64,000 bases of DNA from Amoebophrya sp. A120 (lineage: Eukaryota; Protista; Dinoflagellata): contig CAJINV010000001.1 of NCBI GenBank assembly GCA_905178155.1, positions 2,346,089 through 2,410,088 on the forward strand, written 5' to 3'. A program made the translations under genes and the position numbers. The notes beneath the pieces were generated by a model. The model was not told where the DNA came from and did no database searches. It worked only from the letters and a program-made list of their open reading frames with translations. How positions within the stretch are numbered: position 1 is the first letter of the stretch; every line of letters starts with the position of its first letter. Shown here piece after piece: positions 1 to 12,487 of the stretch.

Positions 1-525
1 ATTCATAGTCAAGTCATTAATATTGTCTTACTTCATTCAAATGCAACGGTTCCAAAAGCATTGATGTCCTGGACGATGAGAAGTTGCATAGAAATATTGT
101 CTTTGCAAGAAGAAGAAGAAACTTTTTTTATTTTTTCAATTTCATCGCCCTAAAAATGCGATAGAGAACGGCGTCAAATTGGAAAAAGTCAACCATGAAA
201 ATGAACGAAATATCAAAGCGATAAAACAGTTTTCTGGATCATTACAGGTTTTGATCATCGTCCGTTGATTGTAGTACTAGAACAACGACAAATCAACGGC
301 AACATAATCGTTGCCAAAAATCAGCAATCCGCACGTAACTAACGCAAAATACTAAAGCCATTGGACTGTTAATTTCTCATCCGGATTCGCTGATCACACC
401 CAACTCGTGGAAACTTTATTAACGATCTTGGTCTTAACTACTACGTTGTGGCTTTCATCTTAAGAGAAACGCGAACGCCGCTGCAAAGGAGACACATCAT
501 CAAATAAAATCTCGAAAAAAATATT

Positions 526-2742
526 TCACCGTGCGTCCACGTTTGGCATGGCAGTAAATCGGATCAAGTGCAGCATGCGCATTAGGATTGCGTCATATGC
601 CGCTTGGCTAAGCAGGAGATAAGGAACGGATCTGGCTTTGGTTGCCGTCGTTGTGCTAACTGAAGTAGACGACGACCGCATTCCGGTACTGTAAAAATCT
701 GCATCATGCATCGACGACTCGCCTCGAAGACGTCTTTCCGTCGCGTTTGCCGCCCACAGTATGCCGAATTGCTGATCGTCACTGAGTACGACCTCGTAGT
801 CGATAGACGCTTTCGGATGGCGCCGGAGACGGAAGTGATTATTGTAATTCCTCCTCTGGTTCATCTTGGGGGTCCTCCTCGCTGCGGGAGCTCCTGCTTG
901 GTGAGCTACCTTTTGAAGAGTATCCTGCTGCTCGTCCGGAGGTACAGCAACCGGTTTCACTTTTGGCTGTGCCGCTGAAGAAGCAGCAGAAGCGTCACCG
1001 TGCTCGTCGACGCTCAACGCGGAAGACGGGTCGCGACCTTGTTTCTCGGTTGTACTTCTAGCAGTCCGGGAGGTGGTCTGAAATTCATGATTTTTCGTTG
1101 GCAGCTGGTCACCATCAACGTTCTGATCATGACCACGACCCTCTTCATCGCTAGTACAGCCTATTGCGTCCTTCTCAATGTCCCAGGTGGCCCCGAACCC
1201 CAGGAGGAGATACGGCAGCTGGCAAAAGAGTGCCTTGACATAATTGCTCACAGCGGTTCTTTCATCATCTCGAGCAGGTGAGCTCGTCGTCCGGAGCGCA
1301 GTGTAGTTTTCGTTCATCTGCCCGAGCAGGTTTTTGATTCCATCCTTCAGTTGTACTTCTAGATCATGCGCAGGAGCAACACTCTTCTCTTCTTCCAAAG
1401 CAGCCGCCTCGCTGGACCTCCAGACGGTGTACAGACGGGGCTCTACACGTGGTCGTGTCGGCGCAGAAGGTGCGATATGAAGATCATCCTGTACTAAAAT
1501 AGCATTGTTGTTCCGCCCGTCGCGGTCAAGACCACCATGAACAACCACAGGATTATACTTCTCGTCGAAAAAAATTTCCGCAGATGATACCATACTTCGC
1601 TTGTCGTGTTCATCAGGAAGAGCTGCGCCAGTCGACGTCCTGTCGGAAAATAGAATGTGTCTGCTCAGCGCCAGGTTTAGTCCTCTGGTAAATTTCCCAC
1701 GCAAAACTGCGTCGAAGAGCGGCAGGGCCGAAAAAATTCTCATGCCCTCGAAGTCGGTCAAGATCGACGCATAAGCAAGCGACCGCTGCGGAAAAGATCG
1801 AGCGCCGTGGTTTGGAAGATTATTTTGAACAGCTGCGGTCTTTCCAGGTGTAGTTCTGGTTCCCTGTATGTTGATGTGCGGATCGTCCCAAAAACGCAAG
1901 CGGGGCGTCGCGACATCATGTGAAGCGACGTTGCTATCTTGAGTTTCCTGTTTCCTACCCCCCATGGTCCTCTCACGCGCAGGAGCTTCTTCTGGAAGAG
2001 CCCATTCTGGAAGAGCGACCGTGGTAGCTGTCGTGGCCTCTACAATCATTCGCAGAACGACCCCTTCCGGACGCTCCTCCTCCGTGCTGGCCTCCACAAC
2101 TGCGGTGCCCATTTTCTCATACACTTCTGCATACCCCGCTTCGACGAAGTGGTCGACGGCACTTCTCACCGCGGTATGGGCTCCGTAATCGTCCACGACG
2201 ACAAAGTCTACCTGTAGTTCGTCTCTTGCCGCCACCAGATCGCTTACCACCATCGGATACGTGTGGACGCAATCCAAGAAAAGGATGTCGTTTTTCTTCC
2301 TGCTGTTTTTCTTGCGATTGAGTGGTAGCACCTCCCTCCACGGTTTGTCGAGGTAGCTGTGGATACGGAAAAACAGAATGTTGGTCACGCCTCGCAGGTT
2401 CTGCATAGCTGTGAAAAGGAACTGCATGGAGTCGTCCATTGCGTAGACGAAGCTGCAGTGTTGCGCCAGCACCCTCGTGGTCTCCCCTCTGTACACCCCG
2501 AGTTCGTAAGCGAGGTTGCAGCTTTTTCTCCGGAGAAAATCTGCCAAATCCTCGCGAAACATCTCGGACACGGTCCATTCGTCGGAATTCTGGCTTGGTA
2601 GTGGCACTGGAGCCCCATCTGGGGTTGTTTGTAGGTGCTGCATGGCCGACGTCGCCTCGACTTTCGCGAGAATAACGGATGAAAACAGCGGCCGTAAGAC
2701 CACGCTCTGAAGCAGACGCAAAAACGTCATCGATCCAACCAT
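526..2742 (-). CDS. Putative class I SAM-dependent methyltransferase (Methyltransf_24-like N-terminal domain) with long low-complexity C-terminus
   Basis: 738-aa ORF with YELGVYRGETT (motif I-like), DILFLDCVHTY and VVVDDY, typical of the Methyltransf_24 family; hydrophobic N-terminus. Confidence 0.6.
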   Translation of the reverse strand: MVGSMTFLRLLQSVVLRPLFSSVILAKVEATSAMQHLQTTPDGAPVPLPSQNSDEWTVSEMFREDLADFLRRKSCNLAYELGVYRGETTRVLAQHCSFVYAMDDSMQFLFTAMQNLRGVTNILFFRIHSYLDKPWREVLPLNRKKNSRKKNDILFLDCVHTYPMVVSDLVAARDELQVDFVVVDDYGAHTAVRSAVDHFVEAGYAEVYEKMGTAVVEASTEEERPEGVVLRMIVEATTATTVALPEWALPEEAPARERTMGGRKQETQDSNVASHDVATPRLRFWDDPHINIQGTRTTPGKTAAVQNNLPNHGARSFPQRSLAYASILTDFEGMRIFSALPLFDAVLRGKFTRGLNLALSRHILFSDRTSTGAALPDEHDKRSMVSSAEIFFDEKYNPVVVHGGLDRDGRNNNAILVQDDLHIAPSAPTRPRVEPRLYTVWRSSEAAALEEEKSVAPAHDLEVQLKDGIKNLLGQMNENYTALRTTSSPARDDERTAVSNYVKALFCQLPYLLLGFGATWDIEKDAIGCTSDEEGRGHDQNVDGDQLPTKNHEFQTTSRTARSTTEKQGRDPSSALSVDEHGDASAASSAAQPKVKPVAVPPDEQQDTLQKVAHQAGAPAARRTPKMNQRRNYNNHFRLRRHPKASIDYEVVLSDDQQFGILWAANATERRLRGESSMHDADFYSTGMRSSSTSVSTTTATKARSVPYLLLSQAAYDAILMRMLHLIRFTAMPNVDAR

Positions 2743-3524
2743 GACTGTGGAGGTCCTTGAGAACTTTTTCCGGAGGCGAGGCCATTTTTCTTTTCTTTAC
2801 TCACAATTGCTTCTTGGTTGGCCTGATGAAATTCAAACCCGCTCTTACCTTCTGGCTTTCGCTGATAAGCAGCAGGTGGTGAAGATGGAACAAAAGCAAA
2901 AGCAAAACAACTTCTTCATTGTACAGGACGGAAAAAACGCCAACGCTAACTACCTAGATTTCTAAGTACTAAACGCGAACAGTTTGGTCCCGGTCTGAAC
3001 GTCAATCCTCCGAGGGCTAGCGCGCCACTGAGCATCATGCTAGAAGCAGAGGCATTCACATTGCGGAGAATGAAAATAATAGCTGATGCAGAAAAGGTGT
3101 TGTTGGGGTTTAGAGCAAAAAAAGTGGTTTTCATTGGTGTGAAAGCACGTTATCATCTGTTTCCATCTCTTCCGAGTCACCCATTCTGAATCCTAATGCG
3201 GCGAGGATTCAGAAACCTTGAAGAGCAAGACGCGCTGTTCCTATGCTCGCCTGGGCATCTTCATCTTCTAGATTCGTTCATTGCTCGTCTCCTCGAATTC
3301 TAAGTCTTTCACCAACTGTAGTTATCCTTATCTTGATGAAAACAACTTCTTATCTTGATGAAACAAAAAAATCGTCGTAGAAAGATGGTAATCGTGTTGG
3401 TCTCCGCGTTGTAGTTGTGATCTTTCCCATCTAGATGCTCTAAGTTCTACTCCGTTCCTCCTGAGTAAAACTAAAATCCTATTCATTGGATAATTATGCC
3501 CGACAGCGACCACTAAAGGTATTC

Positions 3525-4914
3525 TTAGTTCGCCTTCGGCTGAGCCCAGCCGACCTGGAGAATGAGACTGTCGTACCCGTGGCCGTTGAGTTGCTTGATC
3601 GCCCGCTCGCCATCCTTCCGGTCGCGGAACTGCACAAAGGCGAAGCCCTTGTGCATGCCCTCCTTTTCGCCCTCCTTGTGCCGCGGCATGAACACCCGGG
3701 TGACGTGGCCGACCCGGCCGAACAGCTGCTGCAGGTCGCCCTCGCGGGTGTCCTCCGACAAGTTGGAGACACGCAGGGTGTTCTCGTTCCTCGCGTCCTG
3801 TTGCGGGCCGTCGCCCTTGCGGAGGGACGGCGGCACGTACTTATTCGCGAGGGTGGAATTCTGCCCGCCGGTGGCGATGATGCCCGCGGCCTTCTGCTCC
3901 GCCTGCTGCGCCTGGAACTCCTGCTCGCGCTTGCGCCGCATCTCGTTGGCGTCGTACCGCTTGCGCTTCGCGTCGTTCAGAATGGTCTCGCACAAAACCA
4001 CCGACTGCTCCCAGAACTTCTCGTCTTGGCCTGTTTCATAATTCATGTTTCATCGATTTAGAAGTATCATGCGCGGTCGTTTTGGTTTTCTTGCTACTTG
4101 CTATCAGTATCAGTTGGAAGAATTATTGTATAGAAACAGTGTTAGTGTCTGAAGATCTTCATGTGCTGTGTATCACAAACAACAACGCGACTACTTCGCC
4201 ACTTTATTTGATGTCGAATGCAAAATGATTGTAGTACCCAAAGCTTTCATCTGTTTTTCCTTGTTCATCTCGATTTGCACTTCCTCCTCGGCGCGCACCG
4301 GTTTGTTGCCACCGTAGTCGTATCAAATGCAAAAATGTCTGGGTCTGGAAGAATGCCAGACTTGTCATGCATATTTTGCATGACCCATAATGTCTGTAAT
4401 GCATGCCCTAGCATCCCAGATATTTTTTAGAGGGCTTACTAATGCCTATTTCGCATGAGAAATGCCCTCTCCGCGTAGCACAAACTGGAGTCCTCTTTCT
4501 GGTCATGCAATACAATTTTTTTTTGAATCCAGAGACACCAGCATCACAAGTTTAGAATCTTCCAGACCCAGACACTTTTGCATTTGATAAGTCGGCGAAT
4601 TTCGCCGGGTCCGTGCAGGGGCCGAACGGCTTCCACTTTTTGCGCTCGTCCACGAACTTGTTTGACTTCTTGATGACCTTCTTCTGTTGGTAGGTCGTGA
4701 TCAGCTTCACCGCTTTCCCGTTGCGTTCGGTGTACTCCACTTCCGTCCGAATCCCCTTGTCGTCCGCCCCCGTGCCGGCCGGGCGGAACCGCTGCGGCGC
4801 GCCGCCGACAAAGTCGTCCTCCTCCTCGACGTCGGCCCATCGGGACCGCGTCTGCGGAACCGGGTGCGCCGGCTCGTCGTCCTGGATGTCTGCCCACTTA
4901 CGTCCGAATGCCAT
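3525..4914 (-). CDS. EIF3G: Translation initiation factor eIF3 subunit G (3 exons)
   Basis: WAD motifs, ERKKWKPFG, KYVPPSLR and C-terminal RRM (TLRVSNLSEDTRE, KGFAFVQF, LNGHGYDSLILQVGWA). Exons join across the introner at 4321-4589 (KFAD-YGGNK) and a GT-AG intron at 4031-4237. Confidence 0.95.
4321..4589. mobile_element. Introner, family A (TIR TATCAAATGCAAAAATGTCTGGGTCTGGAA), in eIF3g
   Basis: ~30-bp TIRs; perfect TSD AGTCG at 4316-4320 and 4590-4594; removal restores the frame. Confidence 0.93.
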
Positions 4915-5934
4915 TTTCTGGTGCGTTGCGAAGGAATAACTTTTCGTTTTTAATGCAAGAGAAGATGATGAAGAAGTTGTGCTAGTCCTAGTACTGATTC
5001 TAAAACACGATGCATTAATGAAGAAGTTGAAGCTTAAAGAGTGCTCTTTCGCTTACTTAGGTGGGTGATACAACAAAAAATGCTGCACCTGATAGAAAAG
5101 GGGAAAAAGTTTGGAATTCAACCTCAAGTTCGTGAATGGTGGATCGTCTTCAAGCATCAGCTTCATTTCTGAATGAGAATGGGTCTGGTAGAGATCCGGT
5201 GATCTTGACTTTGCTATTTTTTCTACCACGCACGCATAACTTTTGCTTTGATCCTGACAAACTTTTCCGTCATTGTCATTCATATGATTTTTGATTGCGA
5301 AATACGCTGCTTTCACTTTCTGGTGTACTACTTACTTTACACAAGCTACACCGCTGCGGAGGATGGATTTTTAGATCCTCGAAGACATATTGACGCAGAT
5401 GAAGAACAGGTGACTTCGCGTTGGGCATTGATATCCCGCATCAATCAATGCACAGGAGCTTCTGTGCAAATAAGCAGGCCTTTGTTTCTTTCGAGGGGCT
5501 ACTTCTCGTTTTTGGTCTTGGTAGACGTCGAGGATGTCAAAAGCGGACAAAATTTTTCCCATAGTAGAGTCTTTACACTTACTTTCGAAGTATTCACAGC
5601 CTGGCGAATACTGATATTGCTGGAGAATCAAATTCTAGCACGCTGTAAACCCATGAAAAAGATCCTGCTTGATGTTTCCTCGAGCTACTCGTCCTACAGA
5701 GATGTTGATACTAGTGAAGAAAGTTAAAAGATACTTCGAAAAAGAAGTACAACTCCTTCATCACATGATTGTCGCTTGGGGTTAAATTTCTGCTCTTGTG
5801 TCACAAAGCAACTTACTCCGCCGCATCATCGTCCACGCTCCTAAGTAGCTTGACACAAACTTCTGTTGTTTCTGATCGTTGTTTTCTTCGTTTTCCAAAA
5901 CAAGTCATCGAACTCCACTTCACCACAAACACGA

Positions 5935-6059
5935 TGAAGCGTCCTCTGTTAAAACGTCGTGACATTGTTGACGAATTTCAACGCCGAGGTCTGCTTATCC
6001 ACTAAAGTGTCCTGGTAGATGTAGGTCGCCGGCGCGGCCTCGCCCAGCGGTTCGCTGCG
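5935..6059 (-). repeat. Diverged tandem duplicate of the STEEP1-like 3' coding end, lacking the 1.2-kb insertion
   Basis: Encodes RSEPLGEAAPATYIYQDTLVDKQTSALKFVNNVTTF*; matches 7396-7437 joined to 6075-6166 with a single ATGTA. Confidence 0.85.
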
Positions 6060-6091
6060 TGAAAATGACAATGATGAAGCGTCCTCTATTT

Positions 6092-8219
6092 TCAAAACGT
6101 CGTGACGTTGTTGACGAATTTCAAGGCCGACGTCTGTTTGTCCACAAGGGTATCCTGGTAGATGTATGAAGGCCCTAAAGTTTCCACCTTTTCGCCCATC
6201 TTTTCAAATTTTGGCCAGTTGATTGCTCGGCGCCCTCGCCGATTCTCGCTTAGCGCCTCTTCGATGGTGGCTGCGTGTCTGCCTTTGCAAACGCGTCAAG
6301 CCGGGCTGCCCTATTTCTGCCCCGAGGCCCGGGGCAGAAACGCAAGCCAAACACCCCAAAGAGAAAAGCCACCCAAACGAGCCTCCCAATCATATGAGGC
6401 CATGGACCCTGAGCGCGCCTCTGCTTGCGCAGGTAAGGAAAGGCGCCCGGCAATAGCGACACACGCGGAAAATGCCCCCAGCCAATTCACCCCCGACAAG
6501 GCTGGCGCAGCCGAGCGAAAGGCTGCGCCTCCCCTCTTATCAGCCCCGGCCTGGCTTGGGCCTGATTCGGAAACAACGCCCGCCGCATCTTCTGCGCAGC
6601 TTCCCAAACCCCTGGCGGTTCAGGACTTGGCGCGCACCCAGTAAAATGAGGACAGGCGGCGTAGGCTGGGAAACCCGGAAAAGCCAAGTGGAATGGGAGG
6701 TCTAGGTAGAATAGGGAGGCGCGCACAGACCACAGCTGTCCGAGAAGCCAAAGGGGTCGAGAGATCCGGGAGACCTGAAGAGCGACCAACCCCTGACGAG
6801 GTGGCTCGTGCTTCATGGCGCAACCTTTTCAAATGTGGACACGGCTCTTTCAATCTTCGAAGCCGCAGAAGAGCGGATCCGTTTTCTGTCCTGAGGTTGC
6901 CAAGATTCGAAAAGATGCTGAAGAAGCATCTTTTCATTGCGTTGTTCCGGTTGTCAAATTTTGAAAAGATGTTCCTTCAGCATCTTTTCAAAATTTGGAA
7001 AGTGAGCAGCCACTTATCAAAATTTGAAAAGATGCAGAGGAGCATCTTTTCAAAATTTGATAGCTTTCAAAGTTGAAAAGATGAGCACTTTGCGTGGCTG
7101 CATCTTGTCAACTTCTTTCTCGGCCGAGTGAATGCATTCTCCCGGTTTTGTTCTTGTTTCTGCATGTCGTGGAGCTGTGCATGACAAGTTGGCCTCACAA
7201 CTCCTACCACACTCCTCCACCAAGCTGCAAAAAGAAAAACAAGACCCGGAAAATCTGTCAGGCAATATGGCCAGCCAGGATCTGCGGTCGAGCTGCTCGA
7301 GAGGCTTTATGTATTAGAATGCAACGAAATGGCGGCAAACCGATAGAGCAAATTTTGAAAAGATGGGCGTAGAGATGGATTTTTTAGGGCCTACAATGTA
7401 GGTCGCCGGCGCGGTCTCGCCCAGCGGTTCGCTGCGGTACCCGACTAACGACCCGCAGCACTTGCACTGAAACCGGTACTGCGCCTCGCACAGAGCCTCC
7501 AAAGAAGTTTCCTTCTTCGCCCCGTCCTTCATGGTCTGCATAGTGCTCCCGTCCCGCTTGATAATCGTCTTCCGCTTCGCCCCCGTCACGTTCAACCGGG
7601 AAATAAATTTCGTCTCCTGGATCACCATGGCGCCGTCCGTCCGCCGGCGCGGAAGCCGGGTCAGCCGCCCCGCGTCGGTAATCAACACCCACTCACCGCA
7701 AAACCGGCAGAAATAGGTATTTAATTTCGTTTCCCGCAGCACGGAATCCTGATCCGTCATGTTGTTGATCTTGACGCGCTTCGCCAAATGCGCCCGCTCC
7801 GCGTCCGCTTCCAGTAGACGCGACTCCTGCGCCTGCCGCTTCGCGTCCTTCCGGATGGCAGCCAAGGTTGGCTGCATCGACCGCGCGATCTGGGCGGGGT
7901 TCAGTGCGGGAGTCATTCCGGGTTGTCCGGATTTGTTCTTTTTGGTTTTCGTGGTTGTCGGACCCTCATTGTCGTGGTGGACCTCGTCCGGGACTTCGTC
8001 TACCGCGTTTTCGGCGAGGAACTCGGCCGCCGGGTCCATGGTAAGCCTTGTGCCCGTCCCCGCCTGGTTCTTCTCCCAAAACTTGGTCTCGAACGAGTCC
8101 AACTCGGCCGCCACGCGATCCCACCCATCGCCGTCGATGGCCTCCTGGGGAATGCGGTTCGTGTCATTTGCGAACGTGTTAAAGATCTCACGTCGCTCGA
8201 AATCCAGCGGCTCACACAT
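6092..8219 (-). CDS. STEEP1: STEEP1/CXorf56 (UPF0428)-like protein, interrupted near the 3' end by a 1.2-kb TIR element
   Basis: LNTYFCRFCGEWVLI...LPRRRTDGAMVI...QYRFQCKCCGSLVGYRSEP; last exon YIYQDTLVDK...TTF* at 6092-6166 is in frame after removing 6167-7395 plus one TSD; start codon uncertain. Confidence 0.75.
6167..7395. mobile_element. 1229-bp non-autonomous TG...CA TIR element acting as a putative intron
   Basis: Imperfect ~45-bp TIRs (TG[A/T]AGGCCCTAAA...CGCCCATCTTTTCAAA); perfect TSD ATGTA at 6162-6166 and 7396-7400; many internal CATCTTTTCAA/TTGAAAAGATG motifs. Confidence 0.85.
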
Positions 8220-9018
8220 TTTGTCTTGTAGTCGTTGGGTTAGTAAAAGAAAAGTAGAGAATTATTGAGCACTACACGTGGACGAAATCAGATCTATTGT
8301 GAAGATAGCCCCTTTCTTCTTTGGTGAAAGAAAAAAATTCTACAAGAAGGTTTTGTTGTGTTTTGAAAATCAGTTTTCCGTCGCCTATTTTGGAGGTTGT
8401 TTTCACTTTATACACGACAATAGTTCTGAGTATTGGGTTCTTTGGGCTTGGGGTCGTGCAACCTGGTGTGAGAGAATGGAAAGAGTGAAAATTGTGAGAA
8501 TTGATGAAATTATGCGTGTTTTCAATTTCAAGTGGTGCCAGTGTACGATTTGCTTTTTGCCTTGCGAAGATTTCGATCTCAGTGACAGCATACGCTACGT
8601 AGAACCGACCCTTACTGTATTTTTTCCTGTCAGTATTTCTTTTTCATCACGAACGAAAACCGATCTCCATTTCGCTTTCTCTCACGATTTCTTTGGACGT
8701 AGTTGGAACAACGTGATAATTTCGTGGCCTTTGTTGATTTGCATCATCAAGGAATATCTGGCACAGCTAATGGTGCTCTTCATTCAACCAAAATTTCATT
8801 GTATCGAGTTCCAGGTTCATAGCTGGAGAAACAGAGTTCGCATCAAAATTGGAAACTGCTCCTAGATCAAGATTGTTCTCTGGCATGCGGATAAACATTC
8901 CAAAAGAAACAGTCCATGTTTAGTTCATTTTGATTTGTGGTCGGCGGGAAGGTAGCTTTATTTCCACTATGCACAAAGTCCACCACATTGTCAATGTCCA
9001 ATAAGTTCTTGTGGCACA

Positions 9019-10234
9019 TCAGTTGTAGATATCCGTGTAGAGTGAGCCAAACTCTTTGAGGTCCTTTTCGTATCTCGTTATGTGCTTCTTCGGCACATAA
9101 CCCGGCGCACCAGCAGCTCCGTGCCCAAAAGCAGGATGTGACATGCCGTCGTGATCTTGCTGCTCCTCTGTGAAGGCGTTGGAGCCCCCCCGGAGCCTTT
9201 GCGACGAGTTGGGAGGAATGATGTGCCCGGAGTCCTCTGTCAGCTCGTAGATGACCGTTGCGAAGAGGCAAGCGATGCAGATCCCGAAGATGTCCATGCC
9301 GACTTGGATAGTCGCGGTGGCGTGCGCCGGATCTATCCCGACCTTTTGGAAAAGCTGGGGAAGGAGCGTACCTGATGTAGGTTTAGTACAGTTTGTGGTG
9401 CAAAACAACACTCCGTTTGCGTTTTATTTCTGAATCGGATCCACTTTCACGACCAGAGAATCGAATGCATGATACCATATGATTTTTTGTATGGCACACA
9501 GACACACCAAAACGCGAAAGCGCTTACTAGAAACGTGATAAGTACATAGACACAGTAAAAACCCTAGTACCGAAAGCCACCGCGAACACGACGATAAAGA
9601 ACATTGCCCCGCTGAGTGCGCACCCGGTGTGAAACGACGTTATTTGCTGCACGGCGGTCCGCGCTGCGGTCGCGATTGACAAAGTAACCCCGAGCAGCAA
9701 CCCGATCTTCATCTGGTGCAGTGTGTCCACCGGCTTCCCCAGCGCGAGCCGCCGGACCGCGTACACCACAGCCTGGCCGCCGGCATTGCCGCCGGCGCCA
9801 ACTAGCATGGTAAGGAAATACACGATCGAGGGGTGTTTTTGGATTAGCTCCTTGAAACTCGCTAATACGAACGAACTTGTAGACTGCAGTATCAACAGCG
9901 CAATCAGCCACGCGGCTCTGGGTCGGAACCGGAACCAATCCTCGTCGGGTATCCGCTCCTCCGGGCTGGAGCGCGTCGCCCCACTATCCGGATCGTAGGG
10001 AATGTCCTGCAGTGGTGTCGTGCCGGGCTGGTGTCCGTGCGGGGTCCGTGGAGAGGTCCTTAGCGGCGGACTGTCGTCTTTCTTGTTGGAACCGACATCA
10101 TCAAAATGATTCACCACTTTCAAGGGCCCTTTGGACGAGGAGGCGCGCTGTCGCAAAAAGTAATTCTCCTCTTGCAGGGTGGACACGAGCTCCTCGAGTT
10201 CCAACACCCGCTGCTGGAGGGCTTGATTGCTCAT
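9019..10234 (-). CDS. mgtE: MgtE-family divalent cation transporter (membrane domain), 2 exons
   Basis: WFRFRPRAAWL, FLTMLVGAGGNAGGQ, GTLLP..FQKVGIDPAHATATIQVGMDIFG; GT-AG intron at about 9373-9570. Confidence 0.85.
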
Positions 10235-11293
10235 TTTGGGACTTCAACAATGTTGGTATTGATATTTGGGCATCAATTGTGATATATGCATAGGTCGCTT
10301 GCTTTCTGTAGTTCCCGACGTTGCTATAAGAATGTCTTCAGCGTGATAAATGTTGCTCTATTCTTTTCGTCGTTTGCACCTGCGCTCTGGCACGATAACG
10401 CCAGGACTAAACGCACAAGGAATCCCTCTTCGCTCTCGGGGGCCACCCTCAGAGCTCGTACTCGTTGCGACACTTCTATTTTGGATGGAAAGCTCTCAGG
10501 AAAAAATTCCTCCAAAAATGCGGAAATTTCTCTCCGTATTGTAACGGCAACGCGATCGCGAACAAGACACACGTGTACCTGTTTTATATACCATCTCCGT
10601 TTCGATAACGGCGCCGGTATCAATACGCTTATTGGCTTCTTATTTCTTCTTTCGTTAGATGCCCCGAAAAGAAAAACTTTGTTTGTTTATGTGTTCCCCG
10701 ACCTAACTCGGCAAAATAGGTGGGGAGCTCCTTTCATCGATCCTTCGCGAGACTCCGCAGGGATGACATGGTTTTAAATCTGAAACGATCATACAAAGGA
10801 ATGCATCTGGCTGTACATCAAATGCATCTTATGCTTGATCTCCAGAAACCAAAAAAACTGATAGTCCACTTAGGCTTCTGATTTAGAAAAAAGAAGATTT
10901 TTAAATCGTAATCTTCCAACATGCGGGAGAATATTAGAGTCCAGAAGGATATTCCGAGGACTGTTCCCATTGCTTGCATTGGGAATAAACTGGGCTTGAT
11001 AAAAGCTTGAAACGGTTCGGTCATAAAAACCTCGCAGCTTTTGCAAATAATCTTACACGGTGACGGTGATAGAAGCTTAATAACCACCCAGGTTTTTTAT
11101 TTTTGATGAGTGATCTGACATTCATTTGAAAAACTTTGGAGTCGCCTTCTCCGAAAAAATGATTAGGCACGCTTGCTTTATTGCCCCACCCCTGGCAACG
11201 CAAGTGGTCAAGTAAACTTACCCAACCAATTCGTTCACCTCGTTTGTCCATTTTACATCAAACGCATCGACTACACCAGGAAATAAACTCTCT

Positions 11294-12487
11294 TCAGTTC
11301 ATCGCCAGCATCTTGGCAATCCGGTCCGAAGTGTACTTGTCGAGCATGTGGCACTTGGCACAGATCTTGCCATCCTCGACCACCTTGTGCACCACCGCCT
11401 GCATGGTCAGTGTCTCCTGCCCCGGGGTGTTCAACTGATTTTTATTTTGGAGAAACCAGCATTCGCTATCTGCACATGATCCTTGGACGTTGCTTTTGGA
11501 AGAACTTCAAAATAAGTGACGTAGGCGTACATTTCATGTGCTTGCTCTTACGCTTATGCTTGCATTATTTTCATTGTATTCCAATTCTGCTCAACATTTA
11601 TACTGCGTCATTTGCACCAAAGGACAGCACCTTGTACCTTGATTTCCCAGTCGCACACGAACCCGACGTGTCCGCCGTAGCCGCTCATGGAATGCGGCAC
11701 GAACCGGATGGTCTCCCAGATCGAGCCTTGCTTCTCGGCCATCTTGACAAAGCTCGCCTTGTCCGACCCGGAGGTGTTCTCCCACAACCCGTTCAGGCAG
11801 TTGTAGTCGAATTTACCATCCGTCACTCGGTTCAGATACTCCTCCATCTTGCCCGCCGCCGACCCGGCCAACGCCTGCTCCACCACCACGCAGCCTGGAT
11901 GGTATCCAGTGCAAAAGACTCGTACTCGTACTAATTGCAGTCATGCATGACACATCTACTTTCTAAGGGAAAACAGCATTACAAATTGCATTTTTGTTCT
12001 TGAGCAAATTTGTCATGCAGTTTATACTAGTACGACACTTTTGCAATGCATAGATGGTGCTTTTCCGCCACGTACGGAACGCCGGTGATCTTCGCGACCG
12101 CCTTCTGGTCCAGCATGTGGTACTTCTCGCAGATCATGCCGTCCTTCACCACCTTGTGCACCACCGCTTTCAAAGTGCACAGCTCCCCCTTCGCGGGGCC
12201 CTCGCCCAGCCAAACGAACTCCCAGTCCACGAGGAACAGAACGTGCTGTTCGAAGCCGACCCAGCTGTGCGGGGTGAACTTCTTCACGTCCATGTACTCG
12301 CCCTGTTTCCCGCCCAAGGCCATGAAGGCCTCCTTGCTGCTGCCGTGGGTGAGGCCGTCGGGTAACAACCCCGCGCCATCACCTGGTATTTAAAGTCCGG
12401 GTGGACCTTCTCCATGTATGCCTCCGGCTTGCCGGCGTTCATTGCCACCAGCAAGTCCTGGATCAACTTCACTTCCGGGGTGCACAT
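11294..12487 (-). CDS. Tandem two-domain SnoaL/NTF2-like protein, copy 1 (apparent 2-bp frameshift near 12374)
   Basis: Two internally repeated halves, each ending AVVHKVV.DG.IC.K.HMLD; exons join across the introner at 11903-12052 and a probable GT-AG intron at about 11436-11637; fold assignment is inference. Confidence 0.6.
11903..12052. mobile_element. Introner, family B (short, TGCAAAAG..TCGTACT TIR)
   Basis: TAT...ATA ends; perfect TSD GATGG; removal gives EKHHPGCVVVEQ. Confidence 0.88.

Noticed and set aside
7381-7390. TTTAGGG/CCCTAAA telomere-like unit in the TIRs of the 1.2-kb element
   Set aside because: Single unit per end; insufficient to call telomeric
8278-8865. 195-aa plus-strand ORF
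   Set aside because: AT-rich intergenic composition, non-ATG start and no recognisable motif
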